Part shown: positions 55,488-64,000 of the stretch, piece by piece
Layout of the letters: each line of letters begins with the position of its first letter
Numbering within the stretch: the stretch's first letter is position 1
Source of the DNA: Octopus vulgaris
Taxonomy: Eukaryota
Direction of reading: 5' to 3'
DNA length: 64,000 nt
Assembly (NCBI GenBank): GCA_951406725.2
Contig: OX597827.1
Span: 28,334,001 to 28,398,000 of the forward strand
The notes under the pieces: model-generated
The model's database searches: none
Told to the model about the DNA's origin: nothing
The model's input: the letters and a program-made list of their open reading frames with translations, nothing else
Translations under genes and position numbers: made by a program

Positions 55488-56260
55488 CTATGAAAGCCGT
55501 AACAAAAAATAGTACAAACAGAAAAGTTTGAAGATGAGAAAAAAAACAAACAAACGAAAAAAACAAAAACAAAGAACTTAAACAAGAAATATAAAGATAA
55601 AAAATGCAATGAAAATCCTGAAAAGCTATATGATATGATTTTGCTCTGATGGAATGAGAATGACAGGTTTATCGGTTTAAATCGTTTCGTTAATTTTAAT
55701 CGCACGCCTTGAAATGATTTCCACCTGAATAGGTATGAGACCAAGACGTATCGCCACTCCAGCTGATTGCTAATTTTGAATAATTTCCCTCGGGGATCTA
55801 AGATCTGTTCTATTCCCTACTATTCCAAAATGACTCATAAGAATCGTATGACTCATGAAAACGCTAGATTGAGGTAAGGTAACCACACGGAATCCACCAC
55901 AACCACCACCACCACCACCAGCAGTGCCACACGAATACTCAAACACTCTCACACCCTCATACACACACACAGAGATGAATTAATAACGCACAGCGCAGGG
56001 ATACTAATTCCGAAAGAATAGAGAAGATATCATGCAGTGGGTTTAAGACTGACTTTACTGGAAGCCAACCGACATAACTGCACTTTGCAGCGATACTAAC
56101 GACAGACAATGCATCCTGGTATTATTGGTATACTCTCGGTAACGCTGGCGAGGATTCTTGTTGATCTCATCAACGGAAGGACCTGCTCGTGAAATTAACA
56201 TGCAATTGACTCAACAACCCGGTGTTCAGTCATTTTGCATGTTCATTTCACACGCGGATA

Positions 56261-58704
56261 GACGCAGGAGTGGCTGTGTGGTAAGTAGCTTGCTTACCCA
56301 AAATGCAACACTAGTTGGTCTGGACTGTTACAGTGAGCAGATGTGAGTTTCGGCTCCGCGAATAGAAAAAAAAAGAACAAAAAGAAAAATTGTCAATTAT
56401 GGCTCGCTATAGCGAGCAAACTACTGGGTTCTCATCACCGTAACGGGGAATTGAGAATTGTTTTTGAGAATACTTCTTGCGAATTCTAGTGGGCGTATCT
56501 CCCCCCCCCCCAAAAAAAAGAAGAATAAGCCATTTGGGTTACCTTTTTGGATTTCCCCTTTTGGAGTATTATACAAAGGATTCCCTGTCTGTGCTATTTG
56601 TGAAGTTTTTCTTTTACTTTTCCCGTCTTCTATTTTTTCTTCATTTCTAAATTTTGGTTCATTCTTTTCATTACTTTAATTTCAGTTTCCTTTCCTATAC
56701 TTTTATTTTGTTTTATTTTTATTCGGTTTAATTTTTTGGCAGACTGTCTTTTGAACTACTTTTGAACTGTTTTTTGACATGGCAGAGAAGGAACTTAAAA
56801 AGAAAAACTCTGTCTTAGAGTGGGAAATTAACCCGCCTAAGCAATGGTTAAAAGATATGGAGGAGAAGACGAATGTACTTAGAACGTATTCTAAAGTTTT
56901 TAACTCCATCACCAAATCAAGTCATAAAAAATGAACTTAAAGAACATTTGTCCTCTGTAAAATATATATCCCGTGGTGTCAAACATGCAACCGTATGGTT
57001 GCTGTTTGACAACGGGGAAAAGGCTCGCCAGTTTGCGAGTCAGCCTTTAGAAGGCAAGGAAATTCTGTTTCTCCCGTCATATTGTGGAAGAAAATTAATA
57101 CGAGCCTGGGTATGTGGGCTCCCCCAGGGCACCGAAGCGGATTGGATTGAAGATACCATCCGACAGGGACTGGGGGATGGCGGGCCCAGGCTCTTAAATG
57201 TAAGAGTATTGCCGGCGGTCGATTGGGAAGGGTCAAAAGCGATTTTGACCCTGTGGACCCCATCGGCCGCAACAGAACTTGTTTTTCCATGAAAATGGCT
57301 GGCTGCAGGTATCCGGTGATACTTGAGGGACGTCCCCCAAAGTGTCACTCGTGCCTGCAGCCAGGCCACATTAAAAGGAACTGCCCCCAGGACCATGATA
57401 AGGTCCTGGAACAGTCACTAGATGCCACCTCCCCTACACGGTCAAAGGAAGAGGTGGATGTGGTCGAGGAGGCTTCAGCCTCATCAACTCAAATAGGAAT
57501 AAAAAGGAAGAAGGCGGGCAACAATAGTTGCACGCCGAAAGAACCTAAGGCTTCGGAAGGCGGGAGAGAGTCTCCGGACAAAGCGGAAGAGCTCCACTCT
57601 CCCGAAGTCAGGAAGAAAAGAAAAAAAAGAGGGAAGAAGAACGGGTCATCTCAGCGGGGAGATGATGTGCCGACTGCATGTCCAGAAGTTGTGCCACCCA
57701 CGGTGGAAGAAACCACCCCCACCCTTAAAGATGATCAATTAATTATCTTTTTCTACAAGGGCGGGGAGGTGGAAAAAATAGTAGAAGAACATAAAGAAAC
57801 AGTAGATATGCCCTTCACACGGGATCCCGAATGGCATCCGCAGATAGCTGTGGAGATCATAAGGTTTCCCTTGTGGGAAAGGCTTAAAGAATTTGAGGAG
57901 AATTGTCGCATATGGCCGGGTGGCCCTTACACGATATACATATCCTACATGAGTGAGGCATGGGAAATGGTGGGATACAGGAACTCAAGCTGCATTGAAG
58001 ATAATGATGAATATATCGATGGATATATTGAAGAGTAGGAGGTGAAAGACCCTCGTTATAGGGTTTGAAACCTCATCTTATTGGATTATTTTGTAGTGGT
58101 TTATAACCTCAATTTTGTGCTTTAGAAAAAAAAAAAAAGAAAACATGTTAAGTAAGAGGTTTTAGTGCCTCCTCCTTGTAAGAGGTTTGAAACCTCATAT
58201 TGATTTAAAAAAAAATAGAAAATATGTTTTCGAGAAAAATCCAATCGGCAGGTGTTTCATTCATTAATGTATTTGTCCAGCCCGAAAAGCTGTTTGTACT
58301 GTCTATATGACAAATTTATGAAATAAAGTAGCTTGCATGCCAACCACATGACTCTGGGTTCAGTCCCACTGCGTGGCACCTTGGGCGAGTGTCTTCTACT
58401 ATAGCCTCGGGCAGACCAAAGCCTTGTGAGTGGATTTGGCAGACGGAAACTGAAAGAAGCCTGTCATAAATATGTATGTATATATATGTGTGTGTGTGTG
58501 TTTATGTGTTTGTGTTTGTTCCCCCAACACCCACTTGACAACCGATGCTGGTGTGTTTACGTCCCCGTCACTTAGCGGTTCGGCAAAAAGGACCGATAGA
58601 AGAAATACTAGGCTTACAAAGAATAAGTCCTGGGATCGATTTGCTTGACTAAAGGCGGTGCTCCAGCATGGCCACGGTTAAATAACTGAAACGAATAAAA
58701 GAGC
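56261..58704 (+). mobile_element. SINE-A copy split by a 2-kb insertion (head 56261-56297, remainder 58326-58704)
   Basis: The two parts join into a full SINE-A. Confidence 0.88.
56298..58325 (+). mobile_element. ORF1-only non-autonomous Tx1-related retroelement, copy 2 (frameshifted ORF 56779-58038)
   Basis: TSD AAGTAGCTTGCTTAC at 56283-56297 and AAGTAGCTTGCATGC at 58326-58340. Knuckle CHSCLQPGHIKRNC. Ends ...ATGAAATA, forming AATAAA with the TSD. Confidence 0.88.
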
Positions 58705-59495
58705 AAGAAGAGATAACATCATTCAAAACCACTCCAATATCTTAATATAAGAAAACTGATGAAATAAAAGAGAGCCTGTTTGCTCGGTTTCCTTAAAATA
58801 GTAGCTAGATCTCCCTCCAAACGCATCTCCAGACGGAGAAAATTTCGATAATATGGTCCTAGATTTCTTGAACATGGGAATAAAGCTCAAACTAAAGGGT
58901 TGGACCTAAGCATCAAAAAAAGGAAAAGAAAAAATAGTGTAATAAGTGTACAACAACATGTCCTTTAAACTCCAGTGTTTGTCAACCCATAGCCTCGAGC
59001 TGACCAACGCGTTCTGGAGGCCGAAGGTGGCATTTCAAACTAAAAAATTCTCTGCTATAAACGAAGAAGAAAACAAAACTTTGCGCTCAAAACTTTTATG
59101 ATTTGGTTCTACATAATGGTTTTAACAAAAACAATTAAAGAGTAGATGTTTGTAAGCCATTCAAGAACACACACATACACACACAGACACACACACAAAC
59201 ACACACACACACGCACACACACACACACACACACAAATAGAAATGGTTGGTTTCACTGCGTAAGGATACTTCGACAACGCTTTAGATCGTCTTCGTATCT
59301 CCCTGTGCAGGCACAAAATCACATACTATTTGGTGTCTGTCTTCTTGCGCAGTCATATTCTTCAGTATTCTTGCAACATAAAGAGTTTCATATTAGCTAA
59401 CAATACACTCTTTGTTATACATAAGGTTTTATATCATTTGGTGTATTGGTTGGTGTGAAATATTAGTGTAACTTTCAATGCAATTTTGCTTCTCC

Positions 59496-59563
<68 letters not shown>

Positions 59564-59573
<10 letters not shown>

Positions 59574-59689
59574 TTTGAAAATGCAATTTTAAAAGATGTT
59601 TATTTACTTTACCGGTTTCACTTTTTTTAGAGTGAAACCGGTAAAGTAAATAAACATCTTTTAAAATTGCATTTTCAAACCTTCTTTCA
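59564..59689. repeat. Perfect 59-bp inverted repeat with 8-nt spacer, between microsatellites
   Basis: 59564-59622 is the reverse complement of 59631-59689. The arms begin AGTGAAACCGGTAAAG. Confidence 0.92.
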
Positions 59690-60214
59690 TATATAATTCC
59701 ACCCGTGCGGTACCTTACAACTCCGCTTGGTTATATATATATAAGGATGCAGAAAAGCATCAACCTGCTAGAAATAAGAGCTAAAAGCCCAGCTCAGTAG
59801 CTAAAAGAGACCGAATAAAGAAATTCATTTACAAATTATTCAATTTTACATAATGTCGTCGCTTATATTCGTCGCTTCAAGTTTCTCTGTAAAAGATACC
59901 ATAATCGTCGCACTTCTTCAGCTGTCGGAAAACTACTGCGCATGTCACCATCTATTACAAACACGAAAGAATACCCGACACAAAGGTCCCGAGGTCGTTT
60001 CATCCTTTCTTCGTAATATGATTTTTCCAGAACTGGACAAAATCCGTTAGGATTCCGTTAAAATGAATTATAGATACAAATATAAAGTTTGAAAATAAAC
60101 AGATATATAAAAACCAGAATATAGAATAAAATGTCTTAGACAAACAAAATAAGATGAGATATTAACATGTTATAAACTTGAATAAAACTTGCTATGTGTA
60201 TGAATGTATGTATA

Positions 60215-60629
60215 TATTTCTTTATTGCCCACAAGAGGCTAAACGTAGAGGGGACAAACAAGGACAGACAAAGGGATTAAGTCGATTACATCGACCCCAG
60301 TGCGTAACTGGTACTTTATTTATCGACCCCGAAAGTATGAAAGGCAAAGTCAACCTCGGCGGAATTCGAACTCAGAACGTAACGGCAGACGAAATACCTA
60401 TTTCTTTACTACCCACAGGGGGATAAACACAGAGGGACAAACAAGGACAGACACACGGATTAAGTCAATTACATCGACCCCAGTGCGTAACTGGTACTTA
60501 TTTAATCGACCCTGAAAGGATGAAAGGCAAAGTCGACCTCGGCGGAATTTGAACTCAGAACGTAGCCGCAGACGAAATACCGCAAAGCATTTTGCCCGGC
60601 GTGCTAACGTTTCTGCCAGCTCGCCGCCT
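60215..60629 (-). mobile_element. SINE-B partial tandem dimer with 18-bp TSD
   Basis: Full unit 60399-60629 followed by a head-less unit 60215-60398. TGTATGAATGTATGTATA occurs at 60197-60214 and 60630-60647. Confidence 0.88.
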
Positions 60630-61294
60630 TGTATGAATGTATGTATAATACGAGAATTTTAATGGAGGTATGTAGTACAACTGTTTTTTCGCCCGTATAT
60701 TAGCTAACGATTAATAAAATTTGCTATACGATAAAAATTTCAGATATTTCTCTTAAAACATTCACACAAGCAAATTCAGAATTCACATGTAGGACATGTG
60801 GTATTATTCCATTCCAATATTTAGATATTTATATTAGGAGTTTCAGGATAACAATATAGAGTCAAGACTATTGAAAAGGTTGCTAGACGCAACGAAAATT
60901 TTAGGAAAATAAAAATAAGAAATAAGTGGAAATTTTACCGGTGAGTAAAATAAGGCACATAATAAGGCACAAAAAGAAATTGACTCACACCAGACACAAC
61001 AGAATATGCTTCAACACACGAACTCACATAAAGAATCTTGCAAACCAAATCAAAAAACGAAATATAGAAATATTGACATAAAAATGAAATATAAGATAAT
61101 CATAAAATCCTAAAATATATAATGAGTATCATGAAGCCAGGAAATATATTAAAAGAGGCAATTGAAAGTATTAGTACGAACCTGCGACCGTTTCACAAAA
61201 GTTTTAACGGTTTGTCGCTGCCTCTATAAAAACATTTCCTTCCTCAGGGTTCATTTCGCCAGGTAAAATCCAGTAAGGTACTGCATGAAGTTGA

Positions 61295-63191
61295 TTTTCT
61301 TTTATTACCCACAAGGGGCCAACGAAGAAGCGACAATACAATCTGATTTTGAGGTCAGATGAGCGAATGATTTTACAAAAAAATGACTTTAAAAAAATTT
61401 ACAAAAATAAGAAAATATAATAAAATCGAATGGTAGGACAGACCGGAAGACATTACGGATGGAGTGGGGGGGGTTTAATTCGGACCTCACGAGCCCCGCC
61501 TCGCCACTGATACTTGAGTTACATCCTGTGTCGCATTCATGAGGTTCCATCCACACTCAACATCCGTGCTACATTCTTCCATCGATTTTCACGCATTTTC
61601 AGTCAGGTATTTTCTCCCTAGCCCTATTTTCCTTTTAAGGTGAAAGGTGAAGTAATTCACCAATTCAGGGCCAGAGATGAAATTGCCTGACTTTAACCCT
61701 TTCAGCCTCGTTCTCCAAATTACCTCTCTCGCAATTGCTAATACAATGAGAAAACAATTCTTACCTTCTTTCGAAAGGAAATCAGGCGGGTCAGTTTTTA
61801 CTATAGACTCAGTCGATAGCTGTACTCTTCCTGCACTTGACAATAGTTGTTAAGCATAAACTCACACATCTGACACCTCCGAACATTGAACAATAGCATG
61901 CCGGACGGTTTCCCTATCCCGCCTGCATCTTGGACAGGTCTAAGGGCCACTGCCACCATGCCTTGTGAGCTTGTCCCGAACAGGTAAGGCTCCTCTGTAA
62001 CACTGCCATGCCAGAGACTTCTGAAAGTTGTCCAGGGTCTTCGGCCCGAATGTACGTTGGAACAGACTGGCCAGCTGATTATCGTCGAGACCTAGGGTTT
62101 CCCCTAAGGTATCGTCACATTCCGCCCCTACAAGCCCTCTATAAAAGAATGCGGTGGCACCTCCACCGCAGGCATTGCCCAAGCGACGGAATAGTAGGAG
62201 AGCCTTGCGACACTCCGTAAACAATGTACCCAACCTCGATCTTCGATAGAACCAGGATTCCCGTACACTGAAACTAGTGAACTTGGGAAACATCCGTTTC
62301 GCCAGCGGAGACCACACCCGTTCAACATCCAGGTAGAGCCACAGATACCTCAACCTCAGCGCATGTCTGCGCATCAACAGCCAAGTCATCCCTAGCCCAC
62401 CCTTTAACGGTTGTTGGCAGCAAGTAAAGCGTTTCACAAGCGGTTTCGAGCCCTTCCACAGAAAGTGGAAGAGCTGTCTTTCCAGCTTGTTCAACCACGA
62501 TTCAGGGCAAGGAAAGACGGTTAGGCGGTAGGTGATGACCGATGCGATGAACACATTGGCTACCTCCGCTCTCTCTTTCAGTGATAGCCACCGCCAAGAC
62601 CAGGCCTTCCCTATGTGGGTCACCCAGCTTGATACCTTGGCCCAGTTCTTCTCTATTTGGAGGTCTGGTCCAAACCAAACTCCTATCAACTTAATCGGAC
62701 CCTCCGTCCAACGTCCCACGACGCTGTCAGGAGGCATCAACTTGACTCTCCAGGTGCCGAGCTGCAAGCCGACTGACTTTTCACGATTAACTTTTGCTCC
62801 TGCCACCGTCTCGTAAACCTTAATTGCCTACCCCTCTAGGTGATCTGTTTTCGGTTACGATGATGGTAATGTCATCCTCGTAAGCTGAAACCGACCTTCC
62901 ATAACCTGACTGTCTCGGTATGCCGCTCAATTTTCGCAGTAATGGCTCAAGAGCCATCACGTACAAAATCGGGGAGAGCGGACACCCTTGACGAACCGAG
63001 CGTTTGATGTTGAACGACCTTGATAAGAAGCCGTTCACCCGAACTACCGAGTCACTGTTGTCATAAATCTGAATAATCCACCTGAGGAAACCAAGACCCA
63101 GGCCGAACTGCGCCAGAACAGACACCAGGTAGCGATGGTCAATCTTATCAAATGCCTTAGATTGGTTTAAATGGACCAGTGCCCCACCCAT
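61295..63191 (-). mobile_element. 5'-truncated Tx1 LINE of a second, diverged family (RT C-terminal half, CCHC, 3' UTR)
   Basis: NQSKAFDKIDH, RQGCPLSP, GAKVNREKS and DNFQKSLAWQCYRGALPV align with ORF2 at 9278-11539. Tail GGCCCCTTGTGGGTAATAAAAGAAA. Confidence 0.9.
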
Positions 63192-63280
63192 TTAATTTTT
63201 TAAGTTTAAAGCTTTTTTATGTTGCTCAATATTTTTTGCTTACAACATATTAAAATATCTGTAATATTATTTAATAATCT

Positions 63281-63345
63281 CTCTATATATAAAGATGGGA
63301 ATGTGTCTGTGTGTGTTTGTCTGTGTGAATCCCTAAAACTTTCAG
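63281..63345 (+). mobile_element. Possible Helitron-like 5' end
   Basis: TCTATATATAAAG followed by a TGTCTGTGTG microsatellite, a pattern typical of non-autonomous Helitron starts. No 3' end found. Confidence 0.3.
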
Positions 63346-63358
63346 TTTAACCTCACAA

Positions 63359-63666
<308 letters not shown>

Positions 63667-64000
63667 TTGTATCTTTGGGAGGCATTCCTGTTTCACCCTG
63701 TATATGAGATTATTTTCAGTTCCATAGAAATCTTAATTTTCCTTTCAAAGACATTTATCAGAAAAGTTCTACCACAATGAACCTGATTCTCCAAGACAAG
63801 ATGAAGTTATAAATGTTTTATTCATTCTTAAGCGCACACGATCACGTAGTTAGGATGATTCAATCACAACTGCAAGCTCAGGGTTTCATTTATTGGACCG
63901 GATAGACCGCGATCGTGAGTTCAGCACTCTAACCCCTAAGCCAGGCACTTTTATATACATACATATGGGTAGATGGCGTTGCGAGCTGATTTGGGTATAT

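Overview
AT-rich, microsatellite-dense eukaryotic DNA. The SINE families and repeat landscape point to an octopus/cephalopod genome (inferred from recognisable repeats, not confirmed by search). The window is almost all mobile DNA: a near-full-length Tx1 (L1-group) LINE inside a (TATC)n array, further Tx1, CR1-group and RTE fragments, a Neptune-type Penelope-like element (PLE) between (TA)n tracts, Tc1/mariner relics and MITEs, and three tRNA-derived SINE families. Only one convincing host ORF is present (15007-16248, minus strand), an intronless coiled-coil protein with a C-terminal membrane anchor. Three observations stand out. (1) Two copies of a ~2 kb ORF1-only 'half-Tx1' retroelement sit at exactly the same position in the tRNA-like head of SINE-A, each with the 15-bp target duplication AAGTAGCTTGCTTAC. 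(2) At least six sequence-distinct type I hammerhead ribozyme motifs lie in or near (TA)n-bounded inserts, including a 363-nt terminally redundant retrozyme-like unit with a compensated U3-A8 core. (3) Two SINE/LINE tail partnerships are visible within the window, one of them with Tx1.
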